DNA of 64,000 nt, from positions 1,696,001-1,760,000 of the forward strand of contig CAXXKT010000001.1 in the NCBI GenBank assembly GCA_963662405.2. Direction: 5' to 3'. Positions 1 through 9,917 of this stretch are shown here, one piece after another. The DNA comes from Syntrophales bacterium. GTDB taxonomy: Bacteria > Desulfobacterota > Syntrophia > Syntrophales > UBA2210. A model generated the notes under the pieces. It did not search any database. It was not told where the DNA came from and saw only the letters and a program-made list of their open reading frames with translations. A program made the translations under genes and the position numbers. The first letter of the stretch is position 1, and every line of letters starts with the position of its first letter.

Positions 1-658
1 GGTGGGACTTGTTGGAATGGTCGCCGTAGGGTGGTTACTGAGCCGACATAAGATAAGAATATTACTCTTCTTATTGCTGGCCACTTTCGCATTTTTTACT
101 TATACAAGTCAGGAATACCAGGAAGAAATGTCTACTATTACTGACACCCAGTCTGGAACGATTCATGGGCGGATCATTACATGGGAAGCGGCATGGGATA
201 TGTTTATTGATAATCCTCTGGGAGTTGGGGGAAATAATTTTCCTGTTCGGTTTCAGGAATATCAGTCGGGGGAATTTTCCCGTGGGATGTGGGGGCGTGT
301 CGCTCACTCCCTGTGGTTTACCTTGATACCTGAACTGGGGATCCCGGGTATCTTTCTCTATTTCATGCTCATGTGGATTAATTTTAAAGACCTCTGGTTC
401 CTCCTGAGGTTGAGATATGAAAGTGATCCGGATCTTATGTACATACAGACCCTTTCGATTGCTTTTCTGGCATCAGCCACAGGGTTTTTTGTCTCTGCTA
501 CGGGGCTTTCTGTTTTGTATTATCCCCACTATTGGTATTTGACGGCGCTGCTTGTTGCCATGAAAAAGATTGCCGAAACCAGGCTGGCGGTACTCGATAA
601 AACCGGATCTGAGGATGAGAAACATTTCACACCAGAACTTATTCCCGTGGCACGGTAG
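1..658 (+). CDS. O-antigen ligase/polymerase (Wzy_C)-family membrane protein, 5'-truncated by window edge
   Basis: Hydrophobic ORF with R-x3-W...PLGVG and AHS-x6-ELG motifs typical of O-antigen ligase domains. Confidence 0.8.
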   Translation, partial: VGLVGMVAVGWLLSRHKIRILLFLLLATFAFFTYTSQEYQEEMSTITDTQSGTIHGRIITWEAAWDMFIDNPLGVGGNNFPVRFQEYQSGEFSRGMWGRVAHSLWFTLIPELGIPGIFLYFMLMWINFKDLWFLLRLRYESDPDLMYIQTLSIAFLASATGFFVSATGLSVLYYPHYWYLTALLVAMKKIAETRLAVLDKTGSEDEKHFTPELIPVAR

Positions 659-851
659 GTCCTTTTTAATTTTCCTGCTACAGATATCTAAGCAATAGCC
701 TGCCCGATTAGGGCCTGGCGCAATCAGGTCGTTGCAAAAGAACCATTTCCAGCGAAGCCAGTTTTCTGTAATGTATCTCTCCTGTTTTGGTGTAAACAGT
801 TGAGGGTTCCCTTTCGCGGCGCTTTTTGCTGGGTTTGTATGAGACACAATA

Positions 852-1559
852 ATGCTAAAGCCAACAAAACAAATCATCGATTTTTTCTTCAGAAACCTTT
901 TGAGAAACCATCTGCCCGCAGTATTTGCGGTATTAAAAACAATTTATTATGGTTATCGAAGATTAACGGGTTCCCACAGATTGAAGAAACGGTTGAATCA
1001 AAGACCGTGGAAAATCACCTTGGGGGCATCAGGGACATACGATACGGGATGGATCCCAACCGATATTTATGAGCTCAATATTACGAAAGAGTCAGATTGG
1101 AAACGATTTTTTTCTTGTAATTCGATTGATGCGATGATTGCGGAGCATGTATGGGAACACCTGTCATCTGAAGATGCGGTTTTGGCAGCGAAAAATTGCT
1201 ATAGGTATCTGAAACCTGGGTGCTGTTTGAGAGTGGCGGTCCCCGACGGATTTCATCCGGATCCGGAGTACATAAGAAACGTGAAAGTCGGTGGCATCGG
1301 CCCGGGTGCCGACGGGCATCACGTATTGTATACATACAAGACACTAACAGACGTACTCGAGTCTGTAGGATTTCGTGTGTGTGTACGGGAGTATTATGAC
1401 GAATTCGGCCGATTCCATTGTGAAGAGTGGGAGTTGGAAAGAGGGATGGTCTATCGCTCAGCGCGGCGGAGCAACGGGGGCCACATACTCCTGAATGCGT
1501 CGCTCATTATTGATGCATTCAAGATGTTTCAAGAAAAAGGAGACGCATCTTCGGAGTGA
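852..1559 (+). CDS. Class I SAM-dependent methyltransferase-domain protein
   Basis: LGASG...D, AEHVWEHL, YLKPG..LRVAVPD motifs. Confidence 0.75.
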   Translation: MLKPTKQIIDFFFRNLLRNHLPAVFAVLKTIYYGYRRLTGSHRLKKRLNQRPWKITLGASGTYDTGWIPTDIYELNITKESDWKRFFSCNSIDAMIAEHVWEHLSSEDAVLAAKNCYRYLKPGCCLRVAVPDGFHPDPEYIRNVKVGGIGPGADGHHVLYTYKTLTDVLESVGFRVCVREYYDEFGRFHCEEWELERGMVYRSARRSNGGHILLNASLIIDAFKMFQEKGDASSE

Positions 1560-1749
1560 ATGGATCAGTGCTCGCCGAAAAAAGGTTCCGCCTTTCTCGA
1601 TAGACAGACGGGTCAGACAATGAGCATGTTTGTCTAGGAGAGATTCCGTATCTTTTGCTCGGAGGAATAAAGCATAGAAACGGTTATGAGGTACCTTTGA
1701 GTGGCAGGTTTTACTCAATGACAATTTTCAGGGCGGATACGTTCCTTGT

Positions 1750-3798
1750 TTGAAAATGGAAAAACCGTGCATGATTAGTTCAATTCAGCAATGGATGATC
1801 TTTGTGGTACCACTTGTGACGGCGATCTGCGCGAGTTTGTTGCTCATCGCCGATGCGAGAATCGTTACGGAAGTGATGATGGGGTATGCCCTCTTCATCA
1901 TCCCGGGGTATGTGTATTTCAGTGTCCGCGGAGACCGGTCCTTCCTGGCCCTGATCTACGGTGCCCCCTTGGGCGTTGCGGTAACTGGGCTGGCTGTTCT
2001 TATTATTGTGGCAAAGAAAGGGTGGCACACTCCCACGCTGGCGGCAGGGTATATCGGAGCAGTTGCTCTCCTGGCCGCGTTGGCGTATCTGTCGAAGAGG
2101 AAGGATGGAATCGGTTATTCCCCGAAGGGCGTATATGTTATACCCGTTTCCATCGGCTTGCTCGTGGCCCTGTATATCATGACGGTTATCACGATACCAT
2201 TGGCGGGTGCCGGAGCCCTCACGGATAAGGGATATGCCTTTACCGGCCTCTTCGGCCACGATTACATCCTGCGCGCGCTAACGGCAGTTGCCCTTTCGCA
2301 CGGCATCCCCCCCGACAGTTACTATTATGCGGGGATGAAGATGCATAACTACTACTTCCTCTGGTACACCCTCCCGGCATTCGTGTACAACCTCGGCGGT
2401 AAGTTGAATGATATCAGAAAGATCGTATCGGTCGTCTCGATCCTCAATATCCCCTTCTTTTTCTCCATCCTGTTCCTCAAACTTGCCGAGATGGTCACCG
2501 ATGGAAAGGCAAGTGCAGCTCTGAAGAAAAGGCGGTTCCTCCTTGCGGCATCCGTGCCCCTCTTTCTCTGCTCGTATCACTGGGTGTTTTTCTTTCTGAA
2601 GTGGCTCGCGGCCCGGGTGGACATAGCCCTTCTGAACACCCTGGCCGGGCAGATGAGCTATACGTCCCAGTCATGGACGAGGATCCTTTTGTTCGAACCC
2701 CAGTTTCCACTGGCCATCATGATGATCATTCTCGTGATGATGATCATTCGAAAGAGACCGTCATATCACCGGGGGATTGTTCTGGGGCTCCTCCTTTCGG
2801 GTCTTGCTATGACCGATCTCGTCGTCTTCCTTATCTTCGCCGCTGCGTATGCGGTTTACTGGATATCGGAGATATATCGTTCACGGGACAGGGGAGAGAT
2901 CGTCCAACTCTTCTTTATCCTCACCGTGGGGATCGCAGTCGCCCTGACGATGTACCACATCGAGATCTTTGCCGCGGAGAAATACTCAAACAGTATCGTT
3001 ATCAGGCCGGGCATCAACACGGTGCTGCTGTTTGTCCTTCTCCCCATGGAGCTGGGCTTTCTGCTCGTGTGGGGGATAATAGGGTCGGGGGCGCTGATGA
3101 AGAGACGCGAAGGGGCGCTGCTCCTTTCCATGATGGTGGCGTCCCTTCTTGCAATGGGCTTTGTGACGGAGACACTGGAGGGGAATGTCTTCCTGCGGAA
3201 GGGGCTCTACCTGCTCACGCTCCCCCTTTTCCTTTCGGCGGGATATTACCTGTATGACGCGGCGATGAAGAAGGGCATGCTGATCATGCTTGCCTGCGCG
3301 TTCGTCGCGTTGCCTACAGTGGCGACGGATATGCATGCCCTGATCGATACGGATGACGAAACCTTTACCACCTACGTGTCGGAAGAGGAGATGGACGCCG
3401 CGATGTGGATGCGGCGAAACACGCCCGAGGATGCCGTCGTCCAGTCCAAGATCGATTATCCCGGGCACTTCGATTATTCGCTTACCGTATGCTTCGGTGA
3501 GAGGAGAGCCGCCCTCGCGAACTGGAAGATAGCGTACCACCGGTATCCGAACAGGGCCGCCATCGACAGGAGGGTTGCCGAGATACGGAGAATCTTCCAG
3601 GCCGATGACAGTGACGAGCGTCTGCGGTTACTGGAGGCGCTCGGCATCGGGTATCTGTTTGTCGGCGAGAAGGAGCGCGGCAGTTTCCCCGGATGCGAAG
3701 AGAGGATCGAAGGGTCCCCCTTTATGAAGAAGGTATATGGCAACGACGACGTCAGGGTGTATCAGGTCATGAAGGCTGCCGGAGGGAGGGAAGGGTAG
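1750..3798 (+). CDS. Polytopic membrane protein, putative GT-C-fold (lipid-linked sugar) transferase; start may be ATG 1756 or 1771
   Basis: Many TM helices, periplasmic loop GHD...PPD..YAG...YY, soluble C-terminal domain (W.R.NTP.DAVV...GI.YLFVG..E). Confidence 0.55.
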   Translation: MKMEKPCMISSIQQWMIFVVPLVTAICASLLLIADARIVTEVMMGYALFIIPGYVYFSVRGDRSFLALIYGAPLGVAVTGLAVLIIVAKKGWHTPTLAAGYIGAVALLAALAYLSKRKDGIGYSPKGVYVIPVSIGLLVALYIMTVITIPLAGAGALTDKGYAFTGLFGHDYILRALTAVALSHGIPPDSYYYAGMKMHNYYFLWYTLPAFVYNLGGKLNDIRKIVSVVSILNIPFFFSILFLKLAEMVTDGKASAALKKRRFLLAASVPLFLCSYHWVFFFLKWLAARVDIALLNTLAGQMSYTSQSWTRILLFEPQFPLAIMMIILVMMIIRKRPSYHRGIVLGLLLSGLAMTDLVVFLIFAAAYAVYWISEIYRSRDRGEIVQLFFILTVGIAVALTMYHIEIFAAEKYSNSIVIRPGINTVLLFVLLPMELGFLLVWGIIGSGALMKRREGALLLSMMVASLLAMGFVTETLEGNVFLRKGLYLLTLPLFLSAGYYLYDAAMKKGMLIMLACAFVALPTVATDMHALIDTDDETFTTYVSEEEMDAAMWMRRNTPEDAVVQSKIDYPGHFDYSLTVCFGERRAALANWKIAYHRYPNRAAIDRRVAEIRRIFQADDSDERLRLLEALGIGYLFVGEKERGSFPGCEERIEGSPFMKKVYGNDDVRVYQVMKAAGGREG

Positions 3799-3846
3799 CG
3801 TGCCGATGCTGAGGGCGATCATTGACCGGCGAAGGGGGCGCGGCAG

Positions 3847-5031
3847 ATGAGGCCGAGACATATCCTGATCCTTGGCTCCGGTGTGTATCAGGTCCCCTTG
3901 ATCCGACGGGCTGTTGAGTCCGGGTACCGGGTCACGGTTGCCTCGTATGGCGACTACCCGGGGATGAAGATCGCCCACGACGTCTGGCATGTCGATACCA
4001 CGGACAGGGAAACGCTCCTCAGCCTCGCAAAAAAGCATAAGATTGATGCCGTAACGACTACCGGTACCGATGTCGCGGTGCCGGCGATCGGTTACCTGAA
4101 CGATAGCCTCGGGTTGCCGGGGGTCGGCTTTGAGGCCGCGCTTCTCACGAGCGACAAGATCCTGATGCAGCGGCGGTTTAAGGACAGAAGGGTGCCGGCT
4201 GCCCGTTTCTTTGAATGCATGACCCTGGGCGATGCAAAGTCAGCCGTGGAAGAGATCGGTCTGCCCGTTATCATCAAAGCGCCGAACAGTTCGGGATCAC
4301 GGGGGGTGACGGTCGTAGGCTCTGAAGATCGTCTGGAAGAGGCATTCCGGTCCTCGAAAGAAATCGCTTCCGGCTCTGCCGTCCTGGTCGAAGAGCTCCT
4401 CGTCGGTGAAGAGTTCGGCGCACAGGCCGTGATTGCCGACGGGGAAATGTCTGCCTTCCTGTGCCACAACGATACGGTGACAGCCCCTCCGGTTACGGTG
4501 CCTGTCGGCCATTCGTGCCCGTCCCGGCTGCCGCGGGATCTGCAGGATGAGGCGCGGGATGTCTGCGCGGGGGCTGCCCGTGCCCTGGGAGTCACCGATG
4601 CCGTTTGCAACTGCGACCTTATTCATACTAAAAGTGGCGTGAAAATTCTTGAGATCGGCGCCCGGGTCGGGGCGACGGGGATCCCTGAAATTGTCCTCCT
4701 CCATTATGGAATTGACCTGTACAAACTGGCCCTTTCCTTTGCACTCGGTGAAAGGCCTGTGATATCATTGCTGACAGGACCGGCCTCGGCGATCAGGATC
4801 GTGGAGGCTCCGCGGACCGGCAGTCTGACCTCCTGCCGTGCTCCCGAAGAGTTTATGCGGCGCAGGGGTGTAGTTGCCGTTGAGCTGGATTATCAGGTCG
4901 GCAGTCCGGTACGCAAATTTCGTGTGGGGCCGGACAGGATCGGAAGTGTCGTGGTAACGGCTGAGGATGCCGATGCCGCTGAACGGTTTGCGGACAGCAT
5001 CATTCAGGAACTCCATATCGAGGTACAGTAA
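3847..5031 (+). CDS. ATP-grasp domain protein (carboxylate-amine ligase)
   Basis: ILILGSG, DK..M, PVIIKAP.SSGSRGV, VEE.L.GEE, EIGARVG motifs. Confidence 0.85.
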   Translation: MRPRHILILGSGVYQVPLIRRAVESGYRVTVASYGDYPGMKIAHDVWHVDTTDRETLLSLAKKHKIDAVTTTGTDVAVPAIGYLNDSLGLPGVGFEAALLTSDKILMQRRFKDRRVPAARFFECMTLGDAKSAVEEIGLPVIIKAPNSSGSRGVTVVGSEDRLEEAFRSSKEIASGSAVLVEELLVGEEFGAQAVIADGEMSAFLCHNDTVTAPPVTVPVGHSCPSRLPRDLQDEARDVCAGAARALGVTDAVCNCDLIHTKSGVKILEIGARVGATGIPEIVLLHYGIDLYKLALSFALGERPVISLLTGPASAIRIVEAPRTGSLTSCRAPEEFMRRRGVVAVELDYQVGSPVRKFRVGPDRIGSVVVTAEDADAAERFADSIIQELHIEVQ

Positions 5032-6009
5032 ATGCTGATATCGATAGTCATACCAACCTACAATTCATCGGGATTCATTGGAGAGACATTTTCCGCCATC
5101 GAGCGGTATGCCGCCGGGAGTGGACATGATTTCGAGGTGGTGATTGTTGATGACGGCAGTCTGGATGGCACCTATGAAACGCTAAAAGAGCTAGCCGAAA
5201 AGAGCGCCCTTCAAATGACCATTGTGCAACTGTTCACCAACCGTGGGCAGTTCCACGCCCTTATGGCGGCTCTGGCGCATGCCTCCGGGGACTATGTCGT
5301 AACCTTCGATGATGATCTGGAATATCACCCTGATCAGATCGATCGTCTCTTGGAAAAATTCAATGCTGAACCGGGCAGATGGGATGTCGTGATCGGAGCG
5401 CCCAACTTTAGGAAAAGGAAAACATGGCGCAATATTGGTAGTTATACTGCTAATTTGATTAATACAATAATGTATAACAAACCTAGAGAATTGCGATCAG
5501 GTTGTTTCAGACTGATGACTTCAGAATTTGTGAAACGCATACTTGAATACCAAACTGCAAATCCAATGTTTGGCCCATTGATTTTTAAAGCTACTCGCAG
5601 GATTACAAATGTTTTTGTCGAGCATCATCAGGGCTTGCGCCGCTCAAATTATTCATTGTCTGGTTTGATAAATGTTTTTTACAGAAATTTTCAGAACTTT
5701 TCGGAATTTCCGTTACGGTATATCTCCAATATTGGTTTTGTCATCTCTATCCTCTCTATTAGTTTTTCATTATTTTTTATATTTCAATATATTACTGGGA
5801 TTCCGTGGCAAATCAAATCACCTGGATGGACATCTCTGATTACAAGCGTTTGTTTCTTTTCTGGATTAATACTTGCGGCTATAGGTTTTCTTGGGCAGTA
5901 CGTTTTTCGTGTGCTTGAAGAAGTGAATAAAACACCGAACTTCCAAATCAGAAATATAGTTATTTCCAGAAAAAGAACACAGGATAGCAAAACTGATTTG
6001 GATCGTTAA
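5032..6009 (+). CDS. GT2 polyprenol-phosphate glycosyltransferase (GtrB/ArnC-like)
   Basis: ISIVIPTYN, VDDGS.D, N.GQ..A, DDDLE motifs and two C-terminal TM helices ending GQYVFRV. Confidence 0.85.
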   Translation: MLISIVIPTYNSSGFIGETFSAIERYAAGSGHDFEVVIVDDGSLDGTYETLKELAEKSALQMTIVQLFTNRGQFHALMAALAHASGDYVVTFDDDLEYHPDQIDRLLEKFNAEPGRWDVVIGAPNFRKRKTWRNIGSYTANLINTIMYNKPRELRSGCFRLMTSEFVKRILEYQTANPMFGPLIFKATRRITNVFVEHHQGLRRSNYSLSGLINVFYRNFQNFSEFPLRYISNIGFVISILSISFSLFFIFQYITGIPWQIKSPGWTSLITSVCFFSGLILAAIGFLGQYVFRVLEEVNKTPNFQIRNIVISRKRTQDSKTDLDR

Positions 6010-6343
6010 AAGAACATGAGTTTGTCTAAAATCAAGAAACCTCGATAATTGGGAGAATGTGTGCCGGTTGTTGATCCCATGGTAGGAATATAATTTGAAA
6101 TTATAATCATTTTTAACAGTTCCTCTGTCAGTAAAAGAAAAATAATATCAATAGCATGTTTTAAAGCATCCATCCAAAAACCAATATGCCTCTCTTTATC
6201 AGTCGAATGCTGAGCAAGACCTTCATGAAGGGATTGTTTTCTCTTAACTTTCTGATTTACGATATATTTCAAGAGCACAAATCATGTGGCTTATTATCTT
6301 ATTATTGTGAGAACTGAGAGCAGAAAAAACAAAGGGTAAAGAG

Positions 6344-7624
6344 ATGGTAAACTATTTAAGGCTCTTTAAGACTTGGCAGCGATTGAAAACATTTCAATAT
6401 AGAGACGTTAGTGAGATTAAGGAATATCAGATGGTTAGGTTTAAGTCACTGATACAACATGCATATGAAAGTGTACCTATGTATCGTGAGTTTTATGATT
6501 CACATCGCTTCAACCCTTTCTCCATTCATAGTTATCAGGATATTGAAGATGTCCCTATTATTACAAAGGATATCATTCGAAGTTTTCCGCTAGAAACAAG
6601 AGTTGATTCCCATATACGTGAACGAGATGTTTTCAAAGAATCCACCAGTGGTTCCACCGGAGAACCTTTAGAGATATGGAGTGACAGAACAGATAGCATT
6701 GTGCAATCAATGAAATGTATTCGCTTTCTTCGTGAATGGGGGTATTCAGCATTTGATCAAACAGTGCAACTCTGGAGAGATGTTCATGGTAGTAAGAAAA
6801 TGGCAATACAAAAACTTGGGTTATTTAATCGACAGTATGTTTCGTTTTTGAATGATGTGGATACGCAGATAAAAGAAATAACAAGGAGCCGCTGTGATGT
6901 TCTTTTTTCGTCACGTTCTTCACTCGAAATTCTTGCGGATGGTCTAAAGAAACGGAACTACCAAATAAAACCTCGAATCTTAGTGTCCGGTTCTGAAATG
7001 CTTACTAATGAACATCGACGGTTGTTCGAGGAGGTTTTTGGTTGTAGCACATTGGAAATTTACGGCTGTAATGAGATCGGAAATATCGCTTGGGAATGTC
7101 CTCAAATCAATGATTCTAATAACTTGCATGTTGAGATGGAGAGCGTGGTTGTGAATTTTCACAATCTAGCAACAACACCTGATAACAACAAAACAGGCTC
7201 TATAATCGTTACAAATCTTGAAAATTATACGATGCCTTTTATTCGATATGACTTAGGGGATGTAATATTGTGTCCTACGAACCTCGTATGTAATTGTGGG
7301 CGTACTCTGCCCGTTCTCGGGAAGGTTCTCGGTAGAAACGACGATGTAGTACACTATAACGGAAGAATGTTTAATTGGCATTTCTTTTACAATTATTTTA
7401 AGGATTACAAATATATAAAAAAATATAAAATTATTCAAACTAAAACTGACGATATTGAATTCCAGATTCATCTGGCATATGATACTGAAGAAAACAAGAA
7501 ACTTTGCCTCTCTGATTTGTCAACGGCATTCGGCAAATATTTTTCCCCTCTAAACGTTCGTTTTGTAGAAGGATTTCCCATATCGGCAACGGGAAAATTC
7601 AAGGTTATTGAAAAAGAAACATAG
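6344..7624 (+). CDS. Phenylacetate-CoA ligase/CapK-like adenylate-forming enzyme
   Basis: STSGSTGEP P-loop, YGCNE, MPFIRYDLGD, GR.DD, TGKFK motifs. Confidence 0.85.
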   Translation: MVNYLRLFKTWQRLKTFQYRDVSEIKEYQMVRFKSLIQHAYESVPMYREFYDSHRFNPFSIHSYQDIEDVPIITKDIIRSFPLETRVDSHIRERDVFKESTSGSTGEPLEIWSDRTDSIVQSMKCIRFLREWGYSAFDQTVQLWRDVHGSKKMAIQKLGLFNRQYVSFLNDVDTQIKEITRSRCDVLFSSRSSLEILADGLKKRNYQIKPRILVSGSEMLTNEHRRLFEEVFGCSTLEIYGCNEIGNIAWECPQINDSNNLHVEMESVVVNFHNLATTPDNNKTGSIIVTNLENYTMPFIRYDLGDVILCPTNLVCNCGRTLPVLGKVLGRNDDVVHYNGRMFNWHFFYNYFKDYKYIKKYKIIQTKTDDIEFQIHLAYDTEENKKLCLSDLSTAFGKYFSPLNVRFVEGFPISATGKFKVIEKET

Positions 7625-8156
7625 TGGAGCCAAGGAATGTTTTCTTAGCGTTTCTGAGAGTTTATCTTAATAGATCATTGAGCGTTGTGAATATGTTGCT
7701 GTAAAAATGATAAGGTACTTTTACAAAGAAGTTTAGGATTGGCGAGACGCCCATACGATTGAAATTGATGTGAATAAGACATATGCTGTTAGAAAGACGA
7801 GCGTTGTTTACAGTTTTTCGGGATAAAAATATTCAAGCAGTTTTTCCTCGGGTGTCATTCCGTCAATACCTTTGTGGGGTTTGACACCATTATAGAAGTT
7901 AATAAACCTGCGTAGCTCATTCTTTCTGTGTGCCGATGATGCAAATTGGATCTTTTTATGCCACATATCCATGATAGTTTTAATAACTCGCTCAGCCTTA
8001 CCGTTAGTACGGGGAGTCTTAACTTTTGTGAAACGCTGTTCAATCCTATGCTCTCCACACAGAGTCATAAATGCGTGGTGAGAGCTGGTCGGGCAAATTT
8101 GGACAGGTGCATAAGTGGGAAAGTTGCTCTATAGTGGACGTAAGGAGGAAAGAGAT

Positions 8157-8459
8157 ATGAGCAAGAGACCGCGGAGGAACCATGCACCGTCCTTCAAGGC
8201 GAAGGTGGCATTGGAGGCACTGAAAGGGGACCAGACGATCGTTGAGCTTGCCGAGCGGTATCAGGTACACCCGAACCAGATCACCACATGGAAGAAGCAG
8301 TTGATGGATCACGCATCGGACGTATTTGGCAAGGGTCATAAGGACAACCAGGGTCCGGATGTAAAAGAACTTCACGCCAAGATCGGACAGTTATCGATGG
8401 AGAATGATTTTTTATCACATGCGCTCGGTCGCATCAACGGAACGAGCGCAAAGCGATGA
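8157..8459 (+). CDS. IS3 transposase OrfA (HTH)
   Basis: AGGAGG RBS then ATG 8157; RR.H...FKAKVALEA...ELA..YQVHPNQI..WK motif. Confidence 0.92.
   Translation: MSKRPRRNHAPSFKAKVALEALKGDQTIVELAERYQVHPNQITTWKKQLMDHASDVFGKGHKDNQGPDVKELHAKIGQLSMENDFLSHALGRINGTSAKR
8408..8414 (+). other. -1 programmed ribosomal frameshift heptamer T TTT TTA
   Basis: In phase with OrfA codons GAT TTT TTA; the -1 frame is open from 8408 into OrfB at 8456. Confidence 0.75.
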
Positions 8460-9286
8460 TCAAGAGAGAAAAGAGTGTGCCCATAACCCGTCAATGCGAA
8501 CTCTTGGAGCTGTCCCGATCGAGTGTTTATTACTCTCCGGTTCCGGTCAGCGCGAAGGATCTGGAGCTGATGCGTCAGATTGATGAGATTCATCTTCAGT
8601 ATCCCTTCTATGGGAGTCGGAAGATTCGCAATGAGCTGTGGCAGAGAGGGTATGATATCGGACGTGATAAGGTACGTCGGTTGATGCGTCGCATGGGGAT
8701 CGAGGCGTTGTACATCAAGCCGAGATTATCGATAAAGCATCCCCAGCACCCGATATATCCGTATCTGTTACGGGGACTTGATATCATCCGTCCCAACCAC
8801 GTATGGTCTGCCGATATCACGTATATTCCCATGGAACGAGGGTTCTGTTATCTGGTAGCCGTTATGGACTGGGCGAGTCGGATGGTCCTCTCCTGGCGGT
8901 TGTCGAATACGTTGGACAGTGCGTTTTGTGTGGATGCGCTTGAAGAAGCACTCACCACGTATGGGCGCCCGGCTATCTTCAATACCGATCAGGGCAGTCA
9001 GTTTACCTCACAGGCATTCATCGATGTCCTTCGCTCTCATGATATCTCTATCAGCATGGACGGTCAGGGGCGATGGATGGACAATGTCTTCATCGAACGG
9101 CTCTGGAAGAGCGTCAAGTACGAAGATATCTATCTGAAGGCATACGGTTCAATGAAAGAGTTGAAGAAGGGGCTTACCGACTATTTTCAGTTCTACAACG
9201 AGAAACGGTGGCACAATACTTTTGACAGAAAGACACCGGCTATGGTTTATTTTGAATCACTACCACAGGGACAGGCTGCGGCATGA
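8456..9286 (+). CDS. IS3 transposase OrfB (DDE integrase core)
   Basis: WSADITYI, NTDQGSQF, DNVFIERLW motifs; ATGA overlap with OrfA. Confidence 0.93.
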   Translation: MIKREKSVPITRQCELLELSRSSVYYSPVPVSAKDLELMRQIDEIHLQYPFYGSRKIRNELWQRGYDIGRDKVRRLMRRMGIEALYIKPRLSIKHPQHPIYPYLLRGLDIIRPNHVWSADITYIPMERGFCYLVAVMDWASRMVLSWRLSNTLDSAFCVDALEEALTTYGRPAIFNTDQGSQFTSQAFIDVLRSHDISISMDGQGRWMDNVFIERLWKSVKYEDIYLKAYGSMKELKKGLTDYFQFYNEKRWHNTFDRKTPAMVYFESLPQGQAAA

Positions 9287-9917
9287 ACACAAACCCAGGG
9301 CAACTTCCCACTTATAAATCCCTGTTACCTGTCCAAAGAAACCGGACCACCTCTGTGAGCCGGGTCTCCGCGATACTCTTTGCCATTGTCCGTATAGTAT
9401 TGCTCTATTGTATAAGGACATTCTTCCAGGACCTGCTCCAGAAACGTTCTGGAAGAATTCTGTGTCTTGTCCGGAAGTATTGCCGCATACAGTTCTCGGG
9501 AGAAATCGTCAATCGCAACAAACAGATATTCTCTTCTCCCGAATGATGATTCTCCCTTGAGCAGAGGCAGACGTTTTGTATCTCCATGCAGCATCTGACC
9601 GGGATAGTCTTTATTGTAACGTCTGGCCTGTTTTTTCAAACGGGCCTCTATGGCTTCTTCGATCTTTGAAAGACGTTTGATACCATACTTCAGACAGCAG
9701 AACCTTTTGTTCGTACTCGGGTGTATCGAAAAATCCCGTTGCCTGCCACGCTGGATGATCTTGTAAATCGTGGGACGAGAGACGTGATAAACCTCAGCCA
9801 GATAGCTGACCTTCTTACTCTCATCATGATATTCTCCGTAAATCGCCTGGCGCTGAATTGGTGTTAACCGTGTCCGCTTATGAATGACCATGGGACTTCC
9901 TCCTTTCTTACTATCCT

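Larger units (their letters stand above)
8081..9354 (+). mobile_element. IS3-family insertion sequence, 1274 bp, apparently intact
   Basis: Imperfect terminal IRs (AGAGCTGGTCGGGCAAATTTGGACAGGT vs reverse complement AGAGGTGGTCCGGTTTCTTTGGACAGGT); 3-bp GTG duplication at 8078-8080 and 9355-9357; orfA/orfB organisation. Confidence 0.93.
7808..9891 (-). pseudogene. IS481 DDE transposase split into N-terminal (9891-9358) and C-terminal (8080-7808) parts
   Basis: HGDTK, AIDDFSR, TDNGKEY in the N part; TPRTNGKAER and YN...PH in the C part; removing the IS3 and one GTG restores a 268-aa ORF reading YRGDPAHHAFMTLCG across the junction. Confidence 0.9.

Noticed and set aside
6006..6278. 90-aa minus-strand ORF between GT2 and the CoA ligase
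   Set aside because: No recognisable motif or RBS, and antisense to the operon
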